Notes: a model not told the origin generated them from the letters alone. Shown: positions 35,195 to 45,665, counted from the stretch's first letter. The stretch is DNA of 45,695 nt from a virus (IMGVR_UViG_3300037515_000119:1-45695), one strand, 5' to 3'. Made by a program: numbers and translations.

Positions 35195-37711
35195 ATGGCC
35201 CGCGAGAAACTCCAGGTCATTCTCGAATTGGTCGCCAACCAGTTCAAGTCCGAAGTCCGTGGCGCGTCCCAGTCGTTGGGCGGGTTCCGTCGGAACCTGG
35301 ATTCCTCGTCGAAGTCCACGTCGACCCTGGAGCAGGGCATGTCCAAGGTTGGGCGTGTCGCGAAGCTGGCTATCGCGGGGGCGGCTATCGGCGCGGTGGC
35401 GGGGATGACCCGCGAACTCGCGATGAGCGTGAGAGCCTTCGCCGACTTCGACCAGAAGATGACCCAGTCGTTGGCGATCATGGGGGACGTGTCGGCGCGG
35501 ATGCGTGGGGAGATGTCCGACGCCGCCCGGGAGGTCGGTCGGACCACCCTGTTCTCCGCCTCCCAAGCAGCCGAAGCGTACTTCTTTCTCGCCTCCGCAG
35601 GGTTCGACGCGGCGCAGTCGGTTGCGGCGATGCCGCAGGTCGCGAAGTTCGCGCAGGCCGGCATGTTCGACATGGCACTCGCCACCGACCTAGCAACAGA
35701 CGCACAGTCTGCTCTCGGGTTGAAGTCGGCGAACACCCGAAAGAATCTGGAGAACCTGACGCGGGTGACGGATGTGTTTGTGAAGGCGAACACTCTGGCG
35801 AACACGTCGGTGCAGCAAATTTCGGAGGCGATGACCACCAAGGCTGGTGCTGCTCTCCGTTCGTTGGGTAAGGACATTGAGGAGGGTTCGGCGGTTCTCG
35901 CCGCGTTCGCTGATCAGGGTGTGAAAGGTGCGGAAGCCGGCACACAGTTCGCCATCGTTCTTCGCGACCTCCAGTCGAAGGCGCTGGCGAATGTGGAGGC
36001 GTTCCGTGACGCCGAGGTGGCGGTGTTCGACGCGTCCGGGGAGATGCGAAACATCGCCGACATCATCGGCGACCTTGAGAACGCGCTGGTGGGCATGTCG
36101 GACGCCGAGAAGAAAACCACTCTGCTGGGGCTCGGATTCTCGGACAAGTCTGTGTCTGCGATCACGGCTCTGCTTGGCACGTCGGACGCGATCCGCACCT
36201 ATGAGGCGTCTCTGCGTTCCGCTGCCGGGTTCACCGAGGACGTGGCGGATAAGCAGCTGAAGTCGCTGTCCGGACAGTTCGAGCTTCTGAAGTCGGCGGT
36301 CAACGACACCCGGATCGCGGTCGGTGAGGAGATGGCTCCAGCCTTCGAGGAGCTGATCCCCCAGCTTCAGACGGCGGTGGCGGCGCTTGGAGAGTTCGGC
36401 ATCGCAATGGGGTCGGATTTGGCGACAGCGGTGGGATTGGGTATCGGGTTTCTCGAAGGGGCACAAGAAGCGGTCTTCGACTTCAAGGCAGCGCTTCTGA
36501 CCAATCTCGGCAACGTTCCCGTTGTTGGAATCGGATTCAACATGTTGGGCGCGGACGACGCTGCAAACGTCGCACGCCAGCAGGCCGCTCTCGTGGAGTT
36601 GCTCGGCCGCATCCGACGCCAAGGTCTGACCGAGAAGGACCGTCACGCCCCCACGGAGTTCGCCAATTCTCTCGTTCATCTGGAACGTCAGGCGCTCCTC
36701 ACCGAGGATTCGATGGAGTCTCTCGCCCGGACGTTCGGACTGTCCACCGAAGAGACTCTGATGGGTTTGGAGGCTTACGAAGAGTGGATGGCGATCCACA
36801 AGCAGGATATCCCGACTGACCAGTTGGAACGTTGGCAACTGGAGCTTCACGCCTCGCTCATGGCAGCCGAGGAGCTTGAACGGTTCCGTTCCCGCTGGCC
36901 CGAAATCTTTGGTGCTGCCGGTGCTTCCGCGGCGGCAAATGCTCCCCCCGTCGGTGAGTTCGGTGGCGAGGTGGAGAAGACCGCCGACGAAGCGGAGCGG
37001 CTCGCCGAGGCTTTGATGCTGGCTGCTGCTGCACAGGAGTCGCTAGCTGATCAGATTCTCCGGTTCACGAATCCGGTGTTCAACGCCATCTCCGCGATCG
37101 AGGGACTGCGGTCGGCCGAAGAGAAGGTGGAAGAGCTTCGCAAAGATCGGAAGACGACCGACGAAGAGTTGGCTGCGGCCGAACTGGAAATCACCCGCAA
37201 GACACTTCAAGCCAAGTCCGCGATGGACGCCCTGGGCGAGGAGTCCGACGCCATCGAGGGTCTCGCGCTCGCCTTTGACGGACCACGCGAGCGTCTTATT
37301 GAGATCCTCGAAACGCTCGGTCTGATCGAGGACGGTAAGTGGTCGACGATTCTCGACGTTCAACTCCGTATCGACGAAGAGAAGTTCCGAAGGGATCTGG
37401 CGGGGCTTCTCCGGACGGACACGGAGCTGTCTGACACGTTGGGCGGCCGACAATATCCGACTGATCCGCTGGAGGCGATCGAAGGGGCGCAGCATCAGGG
37501 CGGGATGGTCGAAGCGGGGAAACGGTATCCGGTTCTCCGCAACGAAATCTTCATTCCGTCTCAGAACGGGATGGTCGCCCCGATGGGGTCTGGTGTCACC
37601 AACAACTACGTGAACGTGGTTGTCCCGTTGAAGGACATGTCACAGTTCGCGGCCGAATCGGCGCGGGCGATCGAACAGGTCCTCGACCGGCGCGAGAAGG
37701 CGGTCGCCTGA
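35195..37711 (+). CDS. Tape measure protein (TP901-like core)
   Basis: FSASQAAEA..FLASAG, G.KGAEAGT; long Ala-rich helical protein. Confidence 0.93.
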   Translation: MAREKLQVILELVANQFKSEVRGASQSLGGFRRNLDSSSKSTSTLEQGMSKVGRVAKLAIAGAAIGAVAGMTRELAMSVRAFADFDQKMTQSLAIMGDVSARMRGEMSDAAREVGRTTLFSASQAAEAYFFLASAGFDAAQSVAAMPQVAKFAQAGMFDMALATDLATDAQSALGLKSANTRKNLENLTRVTDVFVKANTLANTSVQQISEAMTTKAGAALRSLGKDIEEGSAVLAAFADQGVKGAEAGTQFAIVLRDLQSKALANVEAFRDAEVAVFDASGEMRNIADIIGDLENALVGMSDAEKKTTLLGLGFSDKSVSAITALLGTSDAIRTYEASLRSAAGFTEDVADKQLKSLSGQFELLKSAVNDTRIAVGEEMAPAFEELIPQLQTAVAALGEFGIAMGSDLATAVGLGIGFLEGAQEAVFDFKAALLTNLGNVPVVGIGFNMLGADDAANVARQQAALVELLGRIRRQGLTEKDRHAPTEFANSLVHLERQALLTEDSMESLARTFGLSTEETLMGLEAYEEWMAIHKQDIPTDQLERWQLELHASLMAAEELERFRSRWPEIFGAAGASAAANAPPVGEFGGEVEKTADEAERLAEALMLAAAAQESLADQILRFTNPVFNAISAIEGLRSAEEKVEELRKDRKTTDEELAAAELEITRKTLQAKSAMDALGEESDAIEGLALAFDGPRERLIEILETLGLIEDGKWSTILDVQLRIDEEKFRRDLAGLLRTDTELSDTLGGRQYPTDPLEAIEGAQHQGGMVEAGKRYPVLRNEIFIPSQNGMVAPMGSGVTNNYVNVVVPLKDMSQFAAESARAIEQVLDRREKAVA

Positions 37712-38973
37712 TGGCTTCGTTGAAGGTCGGCCGTGTCGGATTCGACGTGACGATTGCGGGTCCGCGGGACTGGCAGATCGACGGGAAACGTCATCGGCTG
37801 AGGGGTGTGCTGAATCCTAAGACGACGCTGGCGAACGCCCAGTCGTTGCGGTCCGAACTCACCGATCAGATCGGCCAGGTTGTGGCCGTCACCTACGATT
37901 CGGACGCCACCTTCGACGGCTTCTACCGGGTGCTGGATGTCAAGGTCGACGCCAACCATGCGGACGCCGCCATTCTGAATACCGGGCTGTTCCGGTTCGA
38001 CTTGTCGTTGGAGCTGATCGGCACCTACTCATCGGCCGAATTCCAGTCGCTGCTCGATCATCAGGTCCATTCGAATGATCACGGTCTGATCGCGGGCGAG
38101 TTGAACTGGTGGCATTCCGGGCCGATCGACAGGGTGGCGTACACGCTGCTGGCCGGTTCCGGTTCTCCCGGGGAGATCACCCGGGTCGGCGCCGACGGAA
38201 CATTGAATGTGGCTATCGGGATTCCGGACACGTCACCGCAATTCACGTCGTCACCGGAGAACTTCTACAAGGGCGGCTGTTATGTGAAGGTGAACGGTTT
38301 CACCCGTACCGGGGTGGACGTGCCGATGTCGGTGATCGACTTCGAGTTGGGGAATTCGCTGGTGAAGGTGACACCGGGGTTGACGACTGGCGCGTCGAAC
38401 GGGCAGATCGAAGTCGCCCACTATGACACGTCGGCGTATGCGACGGCGAAGGCGTACACGATCAAATATGCGACGACGACCGCGATCGTGAAGTGGTCGA
38501 AGTTTCGGATCATCCGCAACACGCCGGAGTTGTGCATCATCGAACTGGTTGACGATGCGAACGAGGCGGGCGGCAACAAGTACACCCGGCACACGCTGAC
38601 GCTCGGTGTCCGCCGGGGCGGACTGCTCGTCTACGGCTTCTACAACTACGACGGGGCGGCCGCCACCTACTCGCTGGACCGTTCGTCTGTCGAAGCGTCC
38701 ACGGCGATCACACCGACCGGTGCGTCGTCGGTGATGGCGATCCGCGCCACCTCGAACGACGGGGACGGGAACCGGTTCGTGTTGGGCTCGTCAAAGACGA
38801 CAACTCAGGACACGACCAACGGCGGACTCGACTTCGCCTCCACCAACGAGTTCGACTTCTTCATCTCCTCTGAGATCGACGGATCGTCGGCGCAAACCCA
38901 GGATCAGGCCGGCAACCAGTGCCTGCAATATCTGGCCGTGTCGAACGAGCAGGTAAGGCCGATCCCCCGATGA
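37711..38973 (+). CDS. Minor tail protein (distal tail position)
   Basis: First gene after TMP; beta-rich. Confidence 0.7.
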   Translation: MASLKVGRVGFDVTIAGPRDWQIDGKRHRLRGVLNPKTTLANAQSLRSELTDQIGQVVAVTYDSDATFDGFYRVLDVKVDANHADAAILNTGLFRFDLSLELIGTYSSAEFQSLLDHQVHSNDHGLIAGELNWWHSGPIDRVAYTLLAGSGSPGEITRVGADGTLNVAIGIPDTSPQFTSSPENFYKGGCYVKVNGFTRTGVDVPMSVIDFELGNSLVKVTPGLTTGASNGQIEVAHYDTSAYATAKAYTIKYATTTAIVKWSKFRIIRNTPELCIIELVDDANEAGGNKYTRHTLTLGVRRGGLLVYGFYNYDGAAATYSLDRSSVEASTAITPTGASSVMAIRATSNDGDGNRFVLGSSKTTTQDTTNGGLDFASTNEFDFFISSEIDGSSAQTQDQAGNQCLQYLAVSNEQVRPIPR

Positions 38974-40118
38974 GCGTCCGCGAGGTCTACGACAATCCGG
39001 GCAGCTTCGAAGTCACCTTACGGCCGGACACTCCCCCGGAGATCTTGAAGAACATCGACGAGCTGGACCATCTGTACATCCATGCCCAGGGGATCGGGGA
39101 TGGGAGGCTCACCCGGTTCACGGATGCGACGCTGAAATCCGAGGCTCGGTATGCGGGGCCGATCATGGAGGTCGAGTTCAACGACCTTCCGTTTGTGATC
39201 CGCGGTCACGGCCTGCAATGGCATTTGGGCGACAAGATCGGTCACGGTCCGATCGCGGCCGAAGTCCTCACGTTCACGAACGCGACGCTCGCCACCGTGC
39301 TGGACGATGCGGTGAATGACGGGATCATTCCGGCTTCGTTGACGCAGGGGACGATCACCGAACCGGCTGGGGACCCCTTCACCGGGACGTTCTATCCGGC
39401 CGACATGTCTTTGGACGCGTTCCGGACGGTGATGAAGTCGATGTCCTGTCACTACCGGATCAACCCCGACTTCACGGTGGACGCTGGCCCGGACGACTCC
39501 AACGAGGTGTATCTGGTTGACGAGTCCGACGGCGGGAAGCTAGCTGTCGCCATTCCGATCGGTTGGGGTTCCGATCCGCAGCGTGTGTCCTTGGAATCGT
39601 TGCGGACTCGGAGTGCGAGGGACGCCACGAACTGGGTGTCGCGGGTGGTGGTGGTTGATGAGGCGTTCGACGGGTCCAACTCGATCACCAACATTCTGAA
39701 CCGTGATCCGAACCCGTACTACGACGGACGGGATAACCCGCTGATCCGGAATCGTAGGCTGACCCGTCCCGCGTCGGATGCGACCACCTCGGTGGCCGAC
39801 TTCATGGCATCCGAACTCGCCGCCGCGGACGTGGAGAAGACCGTCGACTTGGACATGTCGCAGTGGGAGATCGCCGACGGGACGATCGAAGTCGGGGATT
39901 TCTTGTACGTGTACAACCCGCAGGCGGGGATTGAGGACGCGGACAACGAGATTCAGCATCGGGGTATGCGGATCTTTCCGAAGCGGATACGGATTCTGGA
40001 GGGGGATTGGCCGTTGACGAAAGGGATGGGTGTGTATGTGCGTCCGGGGAGTTCGGCTACGACGGCGGCGGATTGGATTGATTTGACCCCGTATGTGGAG
40101 TGGGAGCGGATACCGTGA
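38970..40118 (+). CDS. Minor tail protein (hub position)
   Basis: Synteny; PGSFEVTL, VGD..YV, WP...GMGVY. Confidence 0.7.
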   Translation: MSVREVYDNPGSFEVTLRPDTPPEILKNIDELDHLYIHAQGIGDGRLTRFTDATLKSEARYAGPIMEVEFNDLPFVIRGHGLQWHLGDKIGHGPIAAEVLTFTNATLATVLDDAVNDGIIPASLTQGTITEPAGDPFTGTFYPADMSLDAFRTVMKSMSCHYRINPDFTVDAGPDDSNEVYLVDESDGGKLAVAIPIGWGSDPQRVSLESLRTRSARDATNWVSRVVVVDEAFDGSNSITNILNRDPNPYYDGRDNPLIRNRRLTRPASDATTSVADFMASELAAADVEKTVDLDMSQWEIADGTIEVGDFLYVYNPQAGIEDADNEIQHRGMRIFPKRIRILEGDWPLTKGMGVYVRPGSSATTAADWIDLTPYVEWERIP

Positions 40119-42178
40119 CCGACCTTTTCAAACCCACCTTCCTCAGGGTGGGGATACCGCACAACACGGTGCGTCCCCCGACGATCATCCGTCCTCCGAC
40201 CGAGGGCGGGGAGGCGTTCCGTACTGATCTGGTGGTGACGGCCGCTACTGGGTCGCCACCACCAGGGAATCCTTGGCCCGTGAACCTGCCCACCTATGTG
40301 GCGGGCGATCGGGTGGTCGTGTGTGTGTCGTGTGCTGACACGCTGGCCGCCGACATCACCGGGGTGGACGGTTTTACCGAGCTGAAAACTTCTGCTAACG
40401 CTGAGCGGGGAGCCGTGTATCAGCGGATCATGGACGGCACCGAGGGTTCCACCGTCGATGTGAGTCTCGCCGCCGCGGCGCAGACGGCCGTGGCGATCGC
40501 CTTCGTGCATCGCGGGCTGGACTGGACGGTCTATACGACAGACGTGGCGTCAGCCTTCGCCACCTCGTCGGTGGACCCGCCACAAGTCAACCTGTCACAC
40601 GGTGAAGGCTCCACCTACGACGTCTACATCTTCTGGGGCGGCGTCGACGCCTCCGGTCAGACGAAAGTCGACACCCCCTCCACCGGATATACGGAGCTGG
40701 TCGACGAGAACACGGGTCCGGGGGACACGTCGGCCGGACTCATGCACAAGCAGATCACCGGTGCCACATCTGAGGACCCGGGTGTGTATGTGATCAACAC
40801 CGGGTCCACCGACTGCGTCACGTTCGCCATCGTCGCGAAAGCAGCAACGGGCGCTGTCGCCGCCGGGGACCACACCCATGTCGAGGCGGACGTCACCGAC
40901 CTGGCGCATACTGATGCTGACGCCATCCACGACAATGTGGCCGGTGAGATCGCGGCGATCACCGCCAAGGCCACCCCTGTTTCCGGCGACTTCCTGGTGA
41001 TTGAGGATTCGGAGGCGTCGAACGCCAAGAAGTCGATCACGCTCGCAGACCTTCCGGCCACGTCCGCCGCGCTAGACGATCTCACCGATGTGACGATCAC
41101 CGGCACCCCGGCGGATAACGAGGTGGTCGCCTACGACACCGGGACCTCGGAGTTCATCAACCAGACGGCAGCGGAGGCGGGACTGTCCGCTACCGGGCAC
41201 ACACACACCGAATCAGATGTCACTGACCTCGACCATCCGCATTCCGTTGACGACATGTCAGACGTGGACACGACCACGGCCGCCCCCACCACCGGGCAGG
41301 TGTTGAAGTGGGACGGGTCGAACTGGGTTCCCGACGACGACGACACCGGCTCGGGGTCGCTGCCGACAGGCACCACCGCGGGTGACTTGGCGGTCTACAA
41401 CGGCACGTCGTGGGTGCGGATCGGTGCGGGCGCGAACGACACTGTTCTCACCGCCGACTCGGCGCAGACCGAAGGCATCAAGTGGGCGGCCGGTGGAGGT
41501 GGAGGCGGCAAATCCTATGTGACCGAACCGGGGCTGAAACCACCCGACTCGGCGCACGCCGACGACGACGAGTTCGCCTACACCAACGGCACCGACCCGA
41601 CCACACAAGGCTGGTCATGGGGAAACCAGGACGGGGCCACCGCCGACATTCAGGCGGGCAGGCTGATCATCGCCAACACGGGCAGCACCAACAACTCGAA
41701 CGGGCTGTTCAAGGCTGCACCGACGGGAGACTTCGATGTGATTGTCCGGGTCGCAGGTGACATGATCGGAAACTTTCACGGGGTGGCACTGACCATGCTG
41801 TGGGGGACGCTCGCCACACCGACACGGGTCGACATGCACCGATACATAACCAACCCGCCACTCATCGCTGGTGCCCGTATGAGCGGCTACGGGGCTTTCT
41901 CGTCGGCGTTGGGTACGAACCGGCCCTATTCGCTCAACGTCCTGCCCTATCTGCGGGTTGTGTGGGACGACACCGCCGAAGAGGCCGCCTTCCAGTATTC
42001 GGTGTCGGGCCTGGCCGGCACTTGGCGAACCCACGTGTCCGGTATTGCCGGACCGGGCACCCCACCCGACTTCATCGGTCTCGCAATCCGCCGTGAGTCG
42101 GCAGGGGCTATCACCGGGGTGTTCGACTTCTACCGGGTGAACTGGACTTCCGACTTCGACGTCACCACCGACGACTAG
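40115..42178 (+). CDS. Tail fibre / receptor-binding protein
   Basis: HTH.E.DVTDL and LDDLTDV repeats, GQVLKWDG.NW, Gly linker, C-terminal beta-rich domain. Confidence 0.78.
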   Translation: MTDLFKPTFLRVGIPHNTVRPPTIIRPPTEGGEAFRTDLVVTAATGSPPPGNPWPVNLPTYVAGDRVVVCVSCADTLAADITGVDGFTELKTSANAERGAVYQRIMDGTEGSTVDVSLAAAAQTAVAIAFVHRGLDWTVYTTDVASAFATSSVDPPQVNLSHGEGSTYDVYIFWGGVDASGQTKVDTPSTGYTELVDENTGPGDTSAGLMHKQITGATSEDPGVYVINTGSTDCVTFAIVAKAATGAVAAGDHTHVEADVTDLAHTDADAIHDNVAGEIAAITAKATPVSGDFLVIEDSEASNAKKSITLADLPATSAALDDLTDVTITGTPADNEVVAYDTGTSEFINQTAAEAGLSATGHTHTESDVTDLDHPHSVDDMSDVDTTTAAPTTGQVLKWDGSNWVPDDDDTGSGSLPTGTTAGDLAVYNGTSWVRIGAGANDTVLTADSAQTEGIKWAAGGGGGGKSYVTEPGLKPPDSAHADDDEFAYTNGTDPTTQGWSWGNQDGATADIQAGRLIIANTGSTNNSNGLFKAAPTGDFDVIVRVAGDMIGNFHGVALTMLWGTLATPTRVDMHRYITNPPLIAGARMSGYGAFSSALGTNRPYSLNVLPYLRVVWDDTAEEAAFQYSVSGLAGTWRTHVSGIAGPGTPPDFIGLAIRRESAGAITGVFDFYRVNWTSDFDVTTDD

Positions 42179-42315
42179 AGCGGTCTGAGTTCCCCGTCTT
42201 CGCCGAGAACGTAGGGGACGCCCTTTACCACGACAACCGGCTGGCCGTCCGCTACGGATTCGGCGATCCGGTCTGTGCGGGTGAGCCGGTTCAACAGCCA
42301 GTCGATCCAACGCAT
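42175..42315 (-). CDS. Counter-oriented 46-aa protein, probably leaderless
   Basis: MRWIDWLLNRLTRTDRIAESVADGQPVVVVKGVPYVLGEDGELRPL fills the gap; TAGGGT 6 nt upstream of ATG. Confidence 0.55.
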   Translation of the reverse strand: MRWIDWLLNRLTRTDRIAESVADGQPVVVVKGVPYVLGEDGELRPL

Positions 42316-42353
42316 GACACGACCCTAGCGCCCGCGTCCGAAAGGAGCCCGAC

Positions 42354-42653
42354 ATGGACTGGCAGATAGCCCTCAACGTCGTCGGCTTCGTCGGCCTCGG
42401 CCTCATCGGATACTTCTGGCTGCGCTCCGGCACGGTGAAACAGAACGTCGCGGAAACACAGCAGCTTGCAATAACCAGAGGTGAACGCATCGTGGATTTA
42501 GAAGCCGAAATCCACCGTCTCGCCGAACGACTCTCCAGGGTGGAAGGCCAGATGGAGGCGATCCAACGGCTGAAAGCCCAGGAGATCGCCGTCGAAGTGG
42601 TGGCTCTACTCCGCAGGGCCGACGTGGCTGTTTCCCCCACAGAGGGGCTCTGA
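42354..42653 (+). CDS. Membrane protein (TM plus coiled coil), lysis-associated
   Basis: N-terminal TM, heptad-like region, AAAGGAG SD; coupled to endolysin. Confidence 0.65.
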   Translation: MDWQIALNVVGFVGLGLIGYFWLRSGTVKQNVAETQQLAITRGERIVDLEAEIHRLAERLSRVEGQMEAIQRLKAQEIAVEVVALLRRADVAVSPTEGL

Positions 42654-43852
42654 TGACCGACCGTTATCTGTCGCGCGCCGACTGGGGTGCCAACACGACC
42701 CTTCCCCGGCTCGGCTTCGCTGTCGCCGCGTCGAAACGCACCGAAGTCCACGTCCACCACACCGCCGCGGTCGACACCTCGGATTTCACAAAGAACCGGT
42801 GGACGATCAAGAACGCCATCAAGTATCAGCGGCAGCTACAGACCATCCGCCCCGACCTCGGCAAAGACATTCCATACACGGAAGTGTGGTATGTCTTGGA
42901 GAACCTGGACGTGGCGATCATGGAAGGCCGCGGCCTGGCCCGCACCGGGGCGCACACCGCCGGCCACAACACGGCCGGGTTCGGCTGGGCGGTCGCCGGG
43001 AACTTCGACCTGGGCGACCCGGCCGCGATAGACGTGGTGATTGCGTCGATCGACAACCGGATCCGGTGGCTCCGCAAGTCCGGGTTCCCGAACCTGACCG
43101 ACACCCATCCGACAGGCAGGACCGTCTATGGGCATCGGGACACGAAAGCGACAGCCTGCCCCGGCGCGCATCTGTTCGCCGCCCTCCCCCGAATCACCCT
43201 GGACCCTCCTACACCACAAACCCCCCCTCCGGTGGGAACTACTGGCACTCCGGTGATGGGCGACGCCCAGGTGTCCCTTGGTCAGGCCGTCGAGTTCGTC
43301 ACCCAACGGGCAACAGGTGCCGCCTACCCGATCGACACGGTGAAGAAGATCGTCGAAACCACCTGGCAGGTGGCGGACGCCGACGGGGTACGCGCCGACC
43401 TCGCCATCGGGCTCATGGCGAAGGAGACCGGGTTCTTCCGGTACGGCGGCGACGTGCAAGCCGACCAGTGGAATTTTGGTGGGATCGGAGCGACCGGAGG
43501 TGTGCCCGGGGTCAGGTTCCTGACGTTGGAAGCTGGGGTGAAGGCGGTGGTCCGTCGGATGCGCATGTACGCAGTCCACGACCGCGCCGCCTACGACCCG
43601 ATCATCCTCGGCCGTGGCCTATCCGAGATCGGTGTCCCACTCGACCAGCCGGGGTTCCACGGCTGGGGGAAGCATCCCAACATCGAAGATTTCAACGGGG
43701 CATGGGCTGTCCCGGGCGTCGGATACGGCCAGTCGATCGTCGCCATGGTCGAGACGATGAAGACCGTACCCGTCCCGTCTGAACCTTCCCACCCGTTCAC
43801 CGATTCCGAAGTCGATTGGCTGGACACCAGATATCAAAGGAGAACCGCATGA
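42653..43852 (+). CDS. Endolysin: Amidase_2/PGRP plus GH73-like glucosaminidase
   Basis: HVHHTA, EGRG...GAHT.GHN, GHRD..ATACPG; Pro/Thr linker; KETG...NFGGIGA. Confidence 0.9.
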   Translation: MTDRYLSRADWGANTTLPRLGFAVAASKRTEVHVHHTAAVDTSDFTKNRWTIKNAIKYQRQLQTIRPDLGKDIPYTEVWYVLENLDVAIMEGRGLARTGAHTAGHNTAGFGWAVAGNFDLGDPAAIDVVIASIDNRIRWLRKSGFPNLTDTHPTGRTVYGHRDTKATACPGAHLFAALPRITLDPPTPQTPPPVGTTGTPVMGDAQVSLGQAVEFVTQRATGAAYPIDTVKKIVETTWQVADADGVRADLAIGLMAKETGFFRYGGDVQADQWNFGGIGATGGVPGVRFLTLEAGVKAVVRRMRMYAVHDRAAYDPIILGRGLSEIGVPLDQPGFHGWGKHPNIEDFNGAWAVPGVGYGQSIVAMVETMKTVPVPSEPSHPFTDSEVDWLDTRYQRRTA

Positions 43853-44052
43853 CGAAGATGACCTGGCCCGCCATCACCGAACGAGCCCTCTGGACCTCGA
43901 TCGAATCCGCCCTGGCTGTGACCGCCGTCGAATCGTTACTCGACGTGAACATGCCGATCCTGGCAACTGTCGGAGCGACCACCCTCTTCTCATTCTTCAA
44001 GTCGGTCGCTGTCCAACGACTCCAAGTCTTGGGACGCATCGGCACCGAATGA
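43849..44052 (+). CDS. Holin
   Basis: ERALWT motif, two hydrophobic segments, follows endolysin. Confidence 0.7.
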   Translation: MTKMTWPAITERALWTSIESALAVTAVESLLDVNMPILATVGATTLFSFFKSVAVQRLQVLGRIGTE

Positions 44053-44105
44053 GCCGGAACATATAACGCACGGACGCAGGGTCACCACTGTGAAAGGCGG
44101 AACCA

Positions 44106-44339
44106 ATGGACATCGACTATCTGTTCGACGCGCCCGGAGGCGCGAAAACATGGCGAGACAAAGTATCCGGTGAAGCCCTCGAACTGTGCGAGGCGATCGA
44201 AAAGCGGATCGAAGACACCGGACAGGCCCCGTCCTGGGCGCGAGTCTCTGACGCTCTCAGCAAGCACGGGATGACGATCTCACCGAGTGCGGTCGGCATG
44301 TACTACCGGAAACGCTTCCCACAGTTGCGGCGACAATGA
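44106..44339 (+). CDS. Small HTH-like protein
   Basis: SWARVSDALSKHGMTISPSAV..Y.R; coupled to phosphoesterase. Confidence 0.6.
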   Translation: MDIDYLFDAPGGAKTWRDKVSGEALELCEAIEKRIEDTGQAPSWARVSDALSKHGMTISPSAVGMYYRKRFPQLRRQ

Positions 44340-45514
44340 CAGAACTGGACGACCTGTTCGAGTCGTCGGCCCGCCACGACGAGAAGCATCCTGAGGGGTG
44401 GGCACCGGGCCTCACGTTCGACGGAACCACCGGAACCCTCACCACCCCGCCGACGGACACGAATCCCGACTGGAACGGCCTCCTGGCAGGCTATCTACCT
44501 CCAGGATGGGATTCGTCACAGTACGCAATCGACCCCGATTCGATCCGGTTCACCGCCTGGGACGGATGGGGACGCGACGACCAGGGTGATACTGCCACTT
44601 CGCGGACACAGTATTCGTTCCGTGCTCGGGTGATCCAACGTCGGGACGCATCGGACATCCGCGAACTCGTCTCGATCATCCGACGACACAAGCCGCGTAA
44701 CACAAATGTTACGGACGACACGACGCTGGTGGTGTGCTGGGCTGACTGGCAGGTCGGCAAAGATGATGGGGACGGCACCCGTGGGACGATGCGACGCCTC
44801 GCAGAGATGACGGGGAAAGTCGAAGACCGGATACGGGAACTGAAACCGTCCACACTTCTCGTCGCCGGGCTCGGGGACCTCGGGGAGTCCTGCTCTGGAC
44901 ACTACGCGCAGCAGGCCTACCGGGTTGAGCTGAACGAACGGGAGCAGCGGACCGTCATCCGCAACGCCATCGTCTCGTCGTTGAAGGCGTGGGCTCCGAA
45001 GGTTGCCGAAATCCTGGTATTGCCAGTCGGTGGCAATCATGGGGAAGTGCGAAACGACGGTGCGTCGTTCACCGACTTCGCCGACAACCGGGACGTCGCC
45101 GTGTTCGAGGATGTGGCGTTGATCTTCGCTGAGAACCCTGACGCGTTCGGACATGTCAAGTTTCACGTCCCAAACTCGGAATTGACGCAGACAATCCAAG
45201 TGTCAGACACGCGCATCGGCTTGTTGCATGGTCATCAGGCGCGGAAGGGTGGGACACCGGAGCAGCGGATCGAGGCATGGTGGAAGGGTCAGATGATGGG
45301 CAAGCATCCCATCGGCGACGCCGACATTCTCTTGAGCGGTCATTGGCATCATCTGATCGTGAAAGAGATTTCGGCTGGTCGTGTTTGGATGCAGGCCCCA
45401 GCGCTCGAAGGAGGCTCGGAGTGGTACGAGAACATGACCGGCTTGCACAATCCACCCGGCACGCTCACGCTCACCGTGGCTGACGGACGCTGGGGAAACC
45501 TGGCGCTGCTCTAG
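44336..45514 (+). CDS. Calcineurin-like metallophosphoesterase
   Basis: ADWQVG, LGD, GNHG, HGH, GHWH motifs. Confidence 0.88.
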   Translation: MTELDDLFESSARHDEKHPEGWAPGLTFDGTTGTLTTPPTDTNPDWNGLLAGYLPPGWDSSQYAIDPDSIRFTAWDGWGRDDQGDTATSRTQYSFRARVIQRRDASDIRELVSIIRRHKPRNTNVTDDTTLVVCWADWQVGKDDGDGTRGTMRRLAEMTGKVEDRIRELKPSTLLVAGLGDLGESCSGHYAQQAYRVELNEREQRTVIRNAIVSSLKAWAPKVAEILVLPVGGNHGEVRNDGASFTDFADNRDVAVFEDVALIFAENPDAFGHVKFHVPNSELTQTIQVSDTRIGLLHGHQARKGGTPEQRIEAWWKGQMMGKHPIGDADILLSGHWHHLIVKEISAGRVWMQAPALEGGSEWYENMTGLHNPPGTLTLTVADGRWGNLALL

Positions 45515-45519
45515 TTCTC

Positions 45520-45556
45520 TTTCCGGTTCGTGAACACATCTTCACGCAACCGGAAA
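45520..45556. terminator. Long inverted repeat at the end of the late operon
   Basis: TTTCCGGTTCGTGAA-cacatc-TTCACGcAACCGGAAA. Confidence 0.55.
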
Positions 45557-45574
45557 CGTCTTGCCGGATGGGGT

Positions 45575-45659
45575 AGAAACGCAGAGGCCCCGGCGGAACC
45601 CTTGCGGGAACCTGTCCGGGGCGTACTTCCGATGAGGGTCCGAAGACTACTCAGCGGCC
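45575..45659 (-). ncRNA. Candidate ~85-nt structured small RNA
   Basis: Promoter upstream, cUUCGg- and GCAA-capped hairpins, terminal GCGUUUCU, no ORF. Confidence 0.5.
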
Positions 45660-45665
45660 AACGAC

